Assembly: GCA_964016885.1 (NCBI GenBank)
Contig: OZ024753.1
Location: 13,206,001-13,270,000, forward strand
DNA: 64,000 nt
Direction: 5' to 3'
Source: Eledone cirrhosa
Lineage: Eukaryota
Positions within the stretch are counted from its first letter, which is position 1; each line of letters starts with the position of its first letter. The translations under genes and the position numbers were made by a program. Shown here in pieces: positions 1-14,994 of the stretch. Below the pieces are notes generated by a model. That model made no database searches. It was not told where the DNA came from and saw only the letters and a list, made by a program, of their open reading frames with translations.

Positions 1-118
1 TCTGTTTATCTTTCACCGAAAGTGATTTTTCATTGCATCTCTTCTTTCCATGATATCCGGATTACATTGAGTTCTTCATACGGATTGGACACTACCGTAA
101 ACTCTTGGTAGATTTATC

Positions 119-722
<604 letters not shown>

Positions 723-1090
723 TTGGTAAACGGAATAGAAAATGCTGACAAATTGTTCACAGTTGAAAAATGGTTTAATTAGGAATAAAAGAGTATTAGT
801 GATTGTATGGGTTAGTATTCGGTTGTGGTTTTAAGTTTTTAAGTTTTTACCGGTTGCGCATTTCTAAATGCTTTTCAAAAATAATTTTGAGATAGAGTGT
901 CCGTGCTGTTTGCTCTGATCTGATTAGTTTTGGGAATTCTAACTGTTTTTATGTTAAAAAAATTGGCTCCAGCGTTATTTTTGTGTTGCAAAAATGCTTG
1001 TGGTCAAAACAATTTTGATTGGTCGGTAGAGGTCATGTGGATAAAAAATTGGTTTTGCGCCAAGATTGAGAAATGACTCTTTCACAACAA

Positions 1091-1146
<56 letters not shown>

Positions 1147-1206
1147 TAAGGTATTCGATGCTGCGACAATAGCCAGCAGCGATGTGTGTCAAATGGCTAT
1201 TAAGAT

Positions 1207-1266
<60 letters not shown>

Positions 1267-1276
1267 ACCAGAGCAG

Positions 1277-2559
1277 ATAGAGATAGCAATTTTGACATAA
1301 CTATGGGATCTTCCGACTCAGCTCAGGTAACTGACCTTGTGGGCTTATTTTTAATCAATTCGCTACATAGGAAAATACCTGGTATTACCGGAGGTTTATA
1401 TAGGGATGACATGCTTTTACTTATTAATAATAATAACCCTGAACTAAATAGAAAATGTAAACAAATTACAAAATTTTTTAATTACTTTAACCTTAAAATA
1501 GAAATTGAGAACAACCATAGAATAGTCAATTTCCTAGATATAACACTAAATCTCAACACATGTCTCCACTATCCTTTTCACAAGTTGAATGAAAACTTAA
1601 ACTATGTCAACTTTAACTCTAACCACCCCAGATCTGTCAAAAACACTATAGTAAACTCTGTTCAAAAACGTATCTCTAGGATCTCGTCGAATAGAATGAT
1701 TTTCGACGAAAAGGCCCAATACTATAATGAAGCATTAGCTAGGGCAGGATATGCTGATAAGATTGTGTACATAGATAATGATAGACAAACTAAACAAAGT
1801 AACAACTTTTTTAATTACGGCAACAACCTTAACAACTATAATAGAAAGCATTACAATAATTCCAAAGGCCAAAAAAGAAATAGAACTAGGAACATAATTT
1901 GGTTTGCCCCCCCTTTCTCACTAAACATTAAAACCCACATCGCTAAATTATTTTTCAAAGCTCTTGATAATCGCTTCCCTAGAACACATAGGTATCACTC
2001 AATTTTCAATAGGCATACAATTAAATTAACCTACTCATCCACCAAAAATTTAGCACAAAATATTAATAGAATAAATAATAGGAACTTAAAACCTAGTGAT
2101 AATAGCATAAATAATATACAAGTTAACAAATGTAACTGTAGAGATAGATCTAAATGTCCGTTAAATAACAACTGCTTAGTTAAAAATATAGTATACAATT
2201 GTAATGTTAATACTGACTCTAATTCTTTTAACTACGTCGGTTCCACATCGACGGAATTTAAACTTCGCTATAATAACCACAAGAATTCTTTCACAGATCC
2301 AAGTAAAAAATCTTCAACGGCACTATCAGGCGTACTCTGGCAACTTAAGCTAGATAACGTTAGATATTCGACGGCTTGGAATATAGTCTCAAGAGGGATT
2401 CCTTTTAATTCATCCTCTGAGACATGTGACCTCTGCGCAGAGGAGATATTCTTTATACTAAAATCTAAAAATTCCCTTAATCTACGGACAAATTTATTCA
2501 GTTGTTGCAAACATAGATTAAACTCAACGTTTAAATATAAATTTAAATTTAAAATGTAG
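1277..2559 (+). pseudogene. PLE RT (C-terminal half) + GIY-YIG endonuclease, 5'-truncated
   Basis: FDITMGSSDSAQVTDLVGL, LYRDD, VNFLDITLNL, SNHP; linker CNCRDRSKCPL; IVY..YVGST..FKLRYNNH; CDLCAEE; terminal CCKHR. The listed ORF start lies in a (TG)n tract. Confidence 0.9.
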
Positions 2560-3951
2560 TATATTTAGTTTGATTTATATTTATATGGGAAACTAGCCGA
2601 TAAATTTTTGATTCCTTAAATTTTTGATTCCTTCTTTTTATTCTTTTTTTATTTTTTATTGTTTATTTTTATTTTATTTTTATTTAAACATTCCTCATGA
2701 AAAATTAAGCTACCCTAAAAGCTGATGCTCCAAATATTTTGAATAAACCTTACACTAGATAAACTTCTATATTAAATATAAGAACACATGTAGACCAAAT
2801 TGGACATCATAAACTTTTTGAAATGATCTTTGCTAGATGTGATTTGATAGATAATTTTTGGCTTTGTCTTATAATGAACTTGGCAATATATTGTCAATTA
2901 ATTTTGAAGGGTTGATCTTTGTGGTTTATTTTTATTTTTTATTATTGTAGTATTTTATATTTTTTATTTTTATTTTTAATATCTTTAATATGTAAATTTT
3001 TTAATACGTAATATTTTTTAATATGTAATATTTTTAATATGTAATATTCTTTCGTAATATTTTTTTTTTTTTTTTTTAGTTTTCTATTTTATTATTACTT
3101 ATTATTATTATTGTTATCTTTTTATTTTTTATTTTTGGTTTGTTTCTGATATATATTTTTATTAGTATATTGAAATCTGCTCTCTATTTCTGCTTGATAG
3201 ATAATCTTGTAGAGTAAAGACAGAAATAATAATACACATATTTGTATACTCAAATTTTTATACCACATTGAGAATGTTTTCCGTGAACTTAGACTTTGCA
3301 GAGTTGATCATGTGGATTCGCATGGATGTTTGTAGCTATCACATAAACATATGAATTTTTTTTAAAAACTAAACATAAGATAATTAATTTTCACACACTA
3401 TGGATACTTGTCTCATTCAGGAATACTGATATTTACAATATAGTGGAAGTTTTATAAATACTAATACATTAAAACATAGGGTTTTTACGCCTCGAATATA
3501 TCTGGCTATTTTTAAATTTTTTCTCTCGCTATTTTTTTTCTCTCTCTATATTTTTTCCTCTCTCTATATATATCTCCCTTACATTAATACTAGAGCTAAA
3601 TAAATAAATAAATAAATAAATGTATTATTGATACATTTACTCAACTGACCTCCTACTACCTAATTTTCTATATATATATGTATCTATCTCTATTTCCTCT
3701 CTCTCTATATATATATATATCTCTTTCTGTTTCTTTACATGAAGTTCTCTTTATCTATCTTTCCATCTCTCTATTTTGTTCCATGCATTTCTTCCTTTTC
3801 TTCCTTTTCTTCGTTTTCTGTCTTTCTTTCTTTTTTCTCTCTTTCTTTCTCTCTGTGTAAAATTTTTTCACTGCCAGTTTAACCTCTTAAAATGCAAGTC
3901 GGTGTTATTGCGGTATGTCGAATCTATTTATCTATAAAACTGTTTATATTG

Positions 3952-4017
3952 TATTTTGTCTGAGGAAGGCATACCATATTGTTAATATGATATCCCCGAA
4001 ATATATATAATGAAATA
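3952..4017 (+). ncRNA. Minimal type I hammerhead ribozyme (PLE pLTR)
   Basis: tattttgt-CTGAGGA-stem II-GAAA-tatatat-A-atgaaata; stem I pairs with two G:U wobbles; palindromic stem III. Confidence 0.7.
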
Positions 4018-4134
4018 AATATGGTTTTATAAATATAGTTTCCATTTATTTAATATTGTACATATATATATATATATTTATATAATTATGTATATATATA
4101 TATATACATACATATATATATATATTTATATATG

Positions 4135-4185
<51 letters not shown>

Positions 4186-4336
4186 TTATATAATTATGTA
4201 TATATATATATATACATACATATATATATATTTATATGAGTATGTATATATATATATATCTATATATATATACATATATATATTTATATAATTATGTATA
4301 TATATATACATACATATATATATATATTTATATGAG

Positions 4337-4383
<47 letters not shown>

Positions 4384-4438
4384 TTATATAAGTATGTATA
4401 TATATATATACATACATATATATATATATTTATATATA

Positions 4439-4988
4439 CAGTATTTTCCGTTGTGTTGTAATATAAATATTACACACAGTAGATTATCAGCTCACGTAGA
4501 GTTTGCTCGACGGTTCCAGTTGTAGTTCCAAAAGTAATCCGGAGAAAAATAGAAAGATTTGAATGGATACAGTTTAGTTTCTGCAAATTGTGTAATCTTG
4601 AGATTTATTACATAATCACACACAAGAAGAAACTGCTGAATAACAGAATTGAACGAACATTATTCTGCCGTCACAGAACTAAAACCCTTTTTTCCCACTA
4701 CAAGCCGAATATTACATAAAAGAGGGACATCCCCCAACTATATAAACCTTAATCTAGTTAGAAAAATATAAAAACAATTTCTTCTCAACATATATTAATA
4801 ACCTTAAATTACCATACTAATAATGAAAAGATATGCTGATGAGAATAGGTACAAATATGCGATAATGAATGTGTCTAAAAACATCCATAAGTATGTATAT
4901 ATATGTGAAAATGTATATAAATAAGTAAATATATATATATGTTTGATGTGTATAGTTAGATGTAAGTGTATTCATGTATTAAAGTGCT

Positions 4989-5023
<35 letters not shown>

Positions 5024-5040
5024 ATATGTGTGTATATATG

Positions 5041-5083
<43 letters not shown>

Positions 5084-5828
5084 GTATGTATATATGTATA
5101 TATATATATGTATGTATGTATGTGTATATGGATGTGTATGTATGTGTATGTGTGTACACATGGACTAGAGTATGTATGTATATATGTGTGTGTCTATACG
5201 TGTGTATATATAAAGATAAGTTGAGTATGAAAATGTATACACATGAGCGCGTATGTATGTACATGAATACATGTGTGTATATATATGTGTATGCATGTGT
5301 ATATATATGTAAGTATGAATATGTGAATTGTGAGTATATGTATTTTGTAGAGGTGTGCAAATATATTTGTGTGTGAATGCGTGGGTGAAAGAATACGTAC
5401 ACTTGAAAGAAAAATTTAAGTCTGAATGTTAAGTGCAAACACAAAACCAACCACGCATATCTTTACTATCTCTAATCCTTCTATAGATTTAGAAAAATAA
5501 CCAATAATATATTCTATAAAAAATGTCAAAACAACAGATGGGAATCTAATTACTCACTGCCACCAAGAATTCTCACTGCTATCGAAAAACCACTCCTTCA
5601 ACTATTCTTCTAACAACTTCACCCCTTCCTCCTAATATTCTCTATAAAAACTAAATAGGTCCTCAGTAATATTATTCTGATGAAATGACAGTAAATAATA
5701 ACATTGAAATATTGAATGTCTGCATAACTAAAAGTTTGTAGATAGCTGTTTTAGGTTATGTAACTGTTATAGAAACACGTGTCAATAAATTCCTTTCAAC
5801 TAAACTGTATCCATTCAAATCTTTCTAT
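4439..5828 (+). mobile_element. Heavily truncated Hydra-type PLE with inverted 5' pLTR
   Basis: 4582-4719 encodes CKLCNLEIYYIITHKKKLLNNRIERTLFCRHRTK (GIY-YIG C-terminal tail); 4549-4579 is the reverse complement of 5798-5828; degenerate HHR core CTGATGA 5677 / GAAA 5706; absent from duplicate copy B. Confidence 0.75.
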
Positions 5829-5875
5829 ATATTTATATATGTATATATACACATACATACATATATATATATTTG

Positions 5876-5929
<54 letters not shown>

Positions 5930-6096
5930 CATACATATATATGTATATAAGTATGTATATATATATATATACATACATATATATATATTTATATATGTAT
6001 ATATATATATACATACATATATATATATTTATATAAGTATGTATATATATATATATATATATATATACATACATGTATATATATTTATATATGTAT

Positions 6097-6970
6097 ATCA
6101 TCATCATCATCACCGTTTTACGTTCGTTCTTCCACGCTAGCATGGGTTAGACGGGTTGTCCTGTTGTGTGCAGTGTCTGGTCGGCTGACCATGCCTTGCT
6201 CATACAGGAACTGATCTGGCTTCATTTCTACAGCTGGATGCCCTTCCTAACACCAACCTCATTTACAGTGAGTGCTGGGTGCTTTTTCGTGGCGCCTACA
6301 CGTCCACCTTACAGTGTGGGCTGGGTGCTTTTTTTGTCGTGGCACCTCCACGACCACCTTGCGGTGGGGGGTGGGGCATATTGTTTATATGCTTCAGCAT
6401 GTACCCATGGGAGGTCGGGTACTCTGTATTACTGCGTGACGCCAGAAGTCACGGTCGTGTGTCATTCTCTTTGCGAGGTGTAATTGGGTAAGGTCGGCTT
6501 TTATCACCTCATCCCAGGTCATCTTGGGTCTCCCCACTCCGCGGTTTCCATCAACTTCTAGTGCTCTGCACCTTTTTATGAAGCTGTCATCCTTCATACG
6601 CATCACATGTCCATACCAGCGCAACCGCCTCTCCTGCACACAGCATTTGATTCCTCTTATGCTCAGTCTCTCTCTCAATTCATTTATGCTTTGTCGTTCA
6701 CGTATATTACTGTTACACATCCATCGGAGCATGCAGGCTTCGTTTCTCTCTAATCTACGTAAGTCTTCCACCTTCAGCGCCCAGGTCTCACTACCATGCA
6801 ACACCGCTGTTCGGATACACGCATCATACAGTCTGCCTTTCATTCTGAGGGAGAAGCCTTTTGCAGCTAGCAGTGGTAGTAGTTCCCTAAACTTCTTCCA
6901 TCCCGTTCTTACCCTAGTTATTGTACTTTCTGAACACCCACCTCCGTTGCTAATTCGGTCACCTAGGTAG
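6097..6970 (-). mobile_element. RTE-clade LINE 3' fragment
   Basis: YLGDRIS..RVRTGWKKFRELL..KGRLYDACIRTAVLHGSETW..ERRLRWYGHVMR..RGVGRPK; (GAT)n tail. Confidence 0.88.
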
Positions 6971-7176
6971 CATATATACATATATATATATTTATATACA
7001 TACATATATATATATTTATATAAGTATGTATATATATATATATTTATATAAGTATATATATATATATATATTTATATAAGTATATATATATATATATATT
7101 TATATATTTATATAAGTATATATATATATATATATTTATATAAATATATATATATATATATATTTATATAAATATA

Positions 7177-7209
<33 letters not shown>

Positions 7210-7228
7210 TTATATTTATATAAATATA

Positions 7229-7261
<33 letters not shown>

Positions 7262-7297
7262 TTATATAAGTATGTATATATATACATACATATATAA

Positions 7298-7383
<86 letters not shown>

Positions 7384-7399
7384 ATATACATATATATAT

Positions 7400-8655
<1,256 letters not shown>

Positions 8656-8895
8656 CGTGTGTGTGTGTGTACGCGCGCACGCGCGCATACACACATTGCA
8701 TAGAAGAGCCTCTACAAGACTAGAACTGTTATACTCTGCTATGTATTGAGTACCTTACGTACTGTGGTTACCTCCGATTCAACCCGGAATAATTTATATA
8801 TATACATATATATATACCAGTCATGTCACTCTTGAGTGCTACTGGTAACATGTAAACCAGTACAACCTGTCGCATGGTCGGGTCGTCGGCTTGTT

Positions 8896-8980
8896 GGTGA
8901 GGAGGGGGATTTTGGACAGTTTACTTGGTGAGGAGGGGGATTTTGGACAGTTTACTTGGTGAGGAGGGGGATTTTGGACA
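8896..8980 (+). repeat. 31-bp tandem repeat (about 3 copies; about 2 in copy B)
   Basis: Unit ggtgaggagggggattttggacagtttactt. Confidence 0.85.
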
Positions 8981-9114
8981 CCCTGTAGAACAAGAAAAAA
9001 AACCTGACAAAGGGCGGAAGAACTCATTAAAGTCAACGGCCATCCAAAAATGAGTAAATATGTATATACACATGTACATATGTATGTGTATGTATATGCG
9101 TGTGTATATGTCTG

Positions 9115-9620
9115 GGGTGTCAGGGAGCGACATGTACCTCTGTAGGGAGAGCTAGGCAAGCCCTTTTCATGACAGCTCGTCCAGCATTGGGTCCCACCTG
9201 ACACTCAGCTCTCACCTGTGGCCCCAAGAAGCTGTAGAATGCGACAGCGGCCACAAACCGGTAAACCACCTTGGCTGGCAGGCCGAACCATGTTGAGGGT
9301 AGCCGGACGGGTCTGAAACCCCCCGGTGAGTTAGAAAGCGGATGCCTGCCCCTGTATGCGAAGTCTGGACCCGGCGGAGTGAGTGGAGGAGGACAACCTC
9401 GTCCCAACGGTCACAAAGGCGACGACAGCAAGCGTGTGGAGAGCTAGGGCAGGGCAAGGCACTACAGACGTCGTGGCCATCCACTGCAGCCAAGGAAGAC
9501 CCTGGTCGTGACGGTCCTCCGTACCACCGGATTCTGGCTTCTGCGGCCGAGTGAGTGGGACCGTCACTGTGCACTGGCCCTCCCACTATAAACCCCGCAC
9601 ATGGTTTCTTCTTTAGCGTC
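9115..9620 (-). mobile_element. GC-rich interspersed repeat, possibly the 5' UTR of an RTE LINE
   Basis: GC-rich island flanked by microsatellites with no convincing ORF; family assignment is tentative. Confidence 0.35.
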
Positions 9621-9954
9621 TACTCCCATATATGTGTATATATGCATGTATATGTATATATATATATATACGTATATACATATACACATACATATGCATA
9701 TATATATGTATATACATGAATATATATGCATATACATATATTGATTTATATATGTATATGCATGTGTACACATGCAAATACATATATATATGCATATGCA
9801 TGTATATACTGTGTGTATCATCTGAATGAATATTATCTGATTACCTAACATCGATTACACAACTTATCAGGACTTTATCTAGTTTGTCAGCTTTAGCTTC
9901 TCGAACGACTAGCAAACTCTTAAAGAAATACAGCTCGTCTCTCTGGTTTTCGAA

Positions 9955-10935
9955 ATGCATCAGATTACAAGTATTGAAGAAGGCCAACACACTGAAAGCT
10001 TGAAAATAAAAGACACGATATTTTTCAAGTTACTGAAATATTATTTAGAACATAATTATATGAGATTAAGTGAAATGATATCTTTACTGAAATCACACAC
10101 GTTCAAAGCATTGTGTTTGCTAGCTATTTATATTGTGGCCTTTATATATTTGATTCTAAACCCTATTTCCCTCATTGTTAAATTAACAACCTTAAAAGGT
10201 ATACCTGTTGCCAACATATTTATGTATGCCTACATTATATCTTGCTATTGTATAATGTCTATCCTATGTTTACAGAAATATTTCAAAGAAGCTCATTTCA
10301 ATGACATAATTGAAATATTCTCCAAAATTGAAATTGAAGAGAAAGATGGAAAACTGTACAGTTTGATATATTCATATAAGTCACTTTGTATATTTGTAGC
10401 TGTGTATACTATTTCTATCATAATTACAGAGATCATAATACCTATTTTTACTGAAGACAGTGTACTGTTGGTATATCAAATGACGATGGATTATAAGTAC
10501 CTCATAGTAATTTTAAGATGTACACTACAAATTCTTTCCACTGTACCGCTGATGATTGATCTGTATATAAGCATTATACTTCAGCTTAATCTTACTCATG
10601 AGTTTAACAAACTGGCCAAGGAGGCTGAAGATTACCTAAAGGTAATGCAATCCCCCAATTCGGATGCTATCAAGAAATATGAAGAGATTAAAGAAATATG
10701 TAACAGACATGACAAACTGAGTTCATCACTGAGATTATTAAATGATTCTTTGCAGTATAATGTAGGATTTCTCGTATTTGGTAGTATTCTTAGTTGTTGT
10801 CTTACAACTTACGGAATAATAAATAACTTATTACAAAATCATAAGGATTCATACATTTGTGTATTACTTGCGGCATTCACCCTCCTGTCTTACTGGATTA
10901 TACTAGTTTTGTTGGGTCTCCGTTTACATATATCG
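9955..10935 (+). CDS. Gustatory receptor-like (GRL / 7TM ion channel) protein, large exon encoding TM1-TM6, copy A
   Basis: 327 uninterrupted codons, six hydrophobic helices, GR-like TM4-TM5 loop (EFNKL...IKEICNRHDKLSSSLRLLNDSL), phase-0 donor TCG|GTAAGT after LGLRLHIS. TM7 exons not confidently found. Confidence 0.72.
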
Positions 10936-10961
10936 GTAAGTCTATATATAAATGCGAATGT

Positions 10962-11051
10962 CACCCATATATTTATGTTTCTGCTGTGTTTGGCACCAGC
11001 CTGGCCTTTCTTAATATAATCTTTTCTTGTGCACTCCGGTTAAACAGATCG
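10962..11051 (+). pseudogene. Vestigial TM6 + splice donor of a diverged GRL paralog
   Basis: HPYIYVSAVFGTSLAFLNIIFSCALRLNRS|GTAAGT aligns without gaps to the last 30 aa of the upstream exon. Confidence 0.6.
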
Positions 11052-11100
11052 GTAAGTTACATCTTCGTTTTCCTTTTCTTTACATTTTTAGTATTATGGA

Positions 11101-11310
11101 TTGGCAGTGTCGGTAGAGCGTCAGACACCATGCTTTGCAGCATAGTGTTATGGCCCTTTACGTTCTGATTTGAAATCCCGCCGTGATTCACTTTGCTTTT
11201 CATCTTTACGGGGTTGATAAATAATGTACCTGTAATGCATTGTGGTTGATTTAATCGACTTTCCTTTCCCCCAAGATTGTCGGCCTCGTGCCTAAATCAA
11301 AGATTATTAT
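11101..11310 (+). mobile_element. tRNA-derived SINE
   Basis: A-box-like tggcagtgtcggtag, degenerate B box gatttgaaatccc, body shared with 13295-13410 and 16215-16330, (att)n tail. Confidence 0.75.
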
Positions 11311-11329
11311 TTCCATTATTATTCTTATG

Positions 11330-13270
11330 GCGCATCATTATTGCTTCACTGAGCACAGCTCTGTGGGCCTTGGGTGTGTGCAGTGTAGTTTTTGCTGGTG
11401 TTGTTTCTATTGTATTGATAGGACTTTTAGTAATGTGTGCAGTGCCTAGTAGTGCTATCTTTTGTATGCTGTATATATTTGTAAGTTGTGGGGTACTCTA
11501 TATAATATATATACAGTACCTAGTAGTGCTATCTTTTGTATGCTGTATATATTTGTAAGTCCTGTGGTACTCTATATAATATATATACACTACCTAGTAG
11601 TGCTATCTAATGTATGCTGTATATATTTGTAAGTCCTGTGGTACTCTATATAATATATATACAGTACCTAGTAGTGCTATCTACTGTATGCTGTATATAT
11701 TTGTAAGTCCTGTGGTACTCTATATAATATATATACAGTACCAAGTAGTGCTATCTTTTGTATGCTGTATATATTTGTAAGTCCTGGGGTACTCTATATA
11801 ATATATATACAGTACCTAGTAGTGCTATCTTTTGTATGCTGTATATATTTGTAAGTCCTGTGGTACTCTATATAATATATATACAGTAACTAGTAGTGCT
11901 ATCTACTGTATACTGTATATATTTGTAAGTCCTGGGTTACTCTATATAATATATATACAGTACCTAGTAGTGCTATCTGTTGTATGCTGTATATATTTGT
12001 AAGTCCTGGGGTACTCTATATAATATATATACAGTACCTAGTAGTGCTATCTAATGTATGCTGTATATATTTGTAAGTCCTGTGGTACTCTATATAATAT
12101 ATATACAGTACCAAGTAGTGCTATCTACTGTATGCTGTATATATTTGTAAGTCCTGTGGTACTCTATATAATATATATACAGTACCAAGTAGTGCTATCT
12201 GTTGTATGCTGTATATATTTGTAAGTCCTGTGGTACTCTGTATAATATATATACAGTACCTAGTAGTGCTATCTTTTGTATGCTGTATATATTTGTAAGT
12301 CCTGGGGTACTCTATATAATATATATACAGTACCTAGTAGTGCTATCTAATGTATGCTGTATATATTTGTAAGTCCTGTGGTACTCTATATAATATATAT
12401 ACAGTACCTAGTAGTGCTATCTTTTGTATGCTGTATATATTTGTAAGTCCTGTGGTACTCTATATAATATATATACAGTACCTAGTAGTGCTATCTAATG
12501 TATGCTGTATATATTTGTAAGTCCTGGGGTACTCTATATAATATATATACAGTACCTAGTAGTGCTATCTAATGTATGCTGTATATATTTGTAAGTCCTG
12601 TGGTACTCTACATAATATATATACAGTACCTAGTAGTGCTATCTTTTGTATGCTGTATATATTTGTAAGTCCTGTGGTACTCTACATAATATATATACAG
12701 TACCTAGTAGTGCTATCTAATGTATGCTGTATATATTTGTAAGTCCTGGGGTACTCTATATAATATATATACAGTACCTAGTAGTGCTATCTAATGTATG
12801 CTGTATATATTTGTAAGTCCTGGGGTACTCTATATAATATATATACAGTACCTAGTAGTGCTATCTTTTGTATGCTGTATATATTTGTAAGTCCTGGGGT
12901 ACTCTATATAATATATATACAGTACCTAGTAGTGCTATCTACTGTATGCTGTATATATTTGTAAGTCCTGGGGTTTTGGCTATGTATTTGTCTGTGTGTT
13001 TTTATCATTCCTAGAACACCTATTATTATAGGTATTGTTTCTGGTTTTAATTTTCACATTCAAGTTATTTCTGTCTCTCGATCTTTATATTTGGAGAGTT
13101 TCTCCCCTTCCTTGGAAGATATATTGTCGTCTGTTGGGATTGACACATCTACTAGAAGGCATTTCTTTTCTTTGTGGTCTTTGACCATAATATCTGGTCG
13201 GTTGGCTTTGATCTCTATGTCTGTATGTATTGGCATATCCCAGAGAATTGTTGCTTTGTCATTCTCTGAC
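11330..13270 (-). mobile_element. R4/Dong-like (restriction-like endonuclease) LINE 3' fragment split by an internal tandem array
   Basis: ILWDMPIHTDIEIKANRPDIMVKD..CLLVDVSIP..EKLSKYKD (PD-D/ExK), continuing to IQKIALLGTAHI. Confidence 0.8.
11442..12972. repeat. 74-bp minisatellite, about 20 units
   Basis: Unit gtacctagtagtgctatcttttgtatgctgtatatatttgtaagtcctggggtactctatataatatatataca. Confidence 0.95.
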
Positions 13271-14148
13271 ACTGGGGTAATTGCTGGCTTTATGCGAGGT
13301 TAACTTTGCCTCACATCCTTACGGGGTCGATAAAATAAAGTACCAGTAATACATTGTATTAATTGCTTGCCTTGTGCCAAAAGTAAAAATAATAATTATT
13401 ATTATTATTACACATGTGGTAATTTACGCACGGGTGAGTCTTTATCCAAACTTGTTTACTTACACCAACAATGGTGGGCCGAAATTCTTATTCGTTTTAA
13501 TAATTTCTAAAACAACGAAACGTGATATTGTGGTTCTGTTAATATTTTGAAAGATTCAAAATGACATGTTCAGATGTTGAAAAGAGAATGGCAGCCCCTC
13601 CCCTTCTATGTAAGGTAGTAGTAGTAACCCCCCCCCCCCCCCTCCTGCTATGTACAGTAGCAATAGTAACTCCCCCTCCAATGTACAGTAGCAGTTGTAA
13701 CCCCCCCCCCCCTCCTATGTACAGTAGTAGCAGTAACACCTCCTCCTCCTATGTAAAGTAGCAGCCCCACGATGTGGAGTGGCTGTTCTATTGCGTGTCC
13801 CTCGCCTTCCTCCGGGTCCCAGAGATGGAGAGTAAGTTATTTAGAGGTGGAGGATACTCGTTGGGGCGTCACATCTATATATATAATTCCCGTTCTGTGT
13901 GTGTGTGTAAAAGAGTTTCACTTGGAAAATATTCCATCGATCTCTGCCAAATTAAACACATAGCCAAAATAGGCTACGGTTTGTAACATCAAGAAAAAAT
14001 TATTTCATAATGATTAATTTCGAAGTCACAAACTTCGATTTTATAATCCTATAGACTTTTGCACTAACAAATTCCATGACGGCCATTAAAGAGAGAGAGA
14101 GCGTTCCTTTTACACACTTCTTAACTCTCCCCCTTCCACAACACGACG

Positions 14149-14183
<35 letters not shown>

Positions 14184-14220
14184 TGTGTGTGTGTGTGTGT
14201 CTGTGTCTGTGTCTGTGTCT

Positions 14221-14302
<82 letters not shown>

Positions 14303-14994
14303 GCGTGTGCGTGCGGGTGCGTGTGTGTAATTTCCATAACGGCCAGAGAGAGAAGGATGTGTGAGAAGGAGATAGAAGGAGAGGAGAGAGAGAGAGTAAA
14401 ATAAAGAAAGAGAGGAGTGTGTGTGACGCGAATATGATAAATACAGCGTTTATAATTTTAACTTATTTATTACACTTCTTAACTCCCCCCCTTCCACAAC
14501 GTCACGTCTTGGGATTGTGTGCGTGTATGTGTATGTGTGCGTGTGCGTGTGTGTGTGTGTGTGTTTGTGTGTGTATGTGTTTGTGTGTACATGATGGATG
14601 TTTTAAAATAGACATTGTTCAACCGACACGGCTAACGATACATTTCTCTATGTTCACATTTTAATGACACATATCTGTAAATAAAACTTGCTCTTTTTGA
14701 ATACCGTCTCATTTTTTTTATTGAAAGAGTTGATCAGGTAAAATTATCCTCCAAGTTAAACATACAACACGGAAATTGACCATTAACATTGCAGCCCTAC
14801 CAAGAACTGACACCGTCCAATGGACGTGGGTCATTTGCTAGTATATATATACACACATACACAAAATAAAGGAAAAGTTTGTAGATAACAAAAAACATAT
14901 AACAACAACTCCAAATATAACAACAATTGCAATAACAGTCACTAAAGCTACAGAAAGTAATCACAAGAACAATAACAACAATAACAATGAACAT

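Larger units (their letters stand above)
1277..4060 (+). mobile_element. 5'-truncated Penelope-like retroelement (Hydra-type) with long AT-rich 3' UTR ending in a hammerhead
   Basis: ORF remnant with RT motifs and C-terminal GIY-YIG, 3' UTR, HHR motif at 3952-4017, then a (TA)n tract. Confidence 0.85.

Noticed and set aside
723-1092. Inverted PLE N-terminal coding fragment
   Set aside because: Multiple stops and no motif I could confirm by eye.
10936-11019. Last 27 codons of the 354-aa ORF as true TM7
   Set aside because: Begins at a consensus GTAAGT donor and lacks GR TM7 motifs; probably intronic.
11442-12972. CRISPR-like regular array
   Set aside because: No unique spacers; plain tandem repeat derived from a LINE; eukaryotic context with no cas genes.
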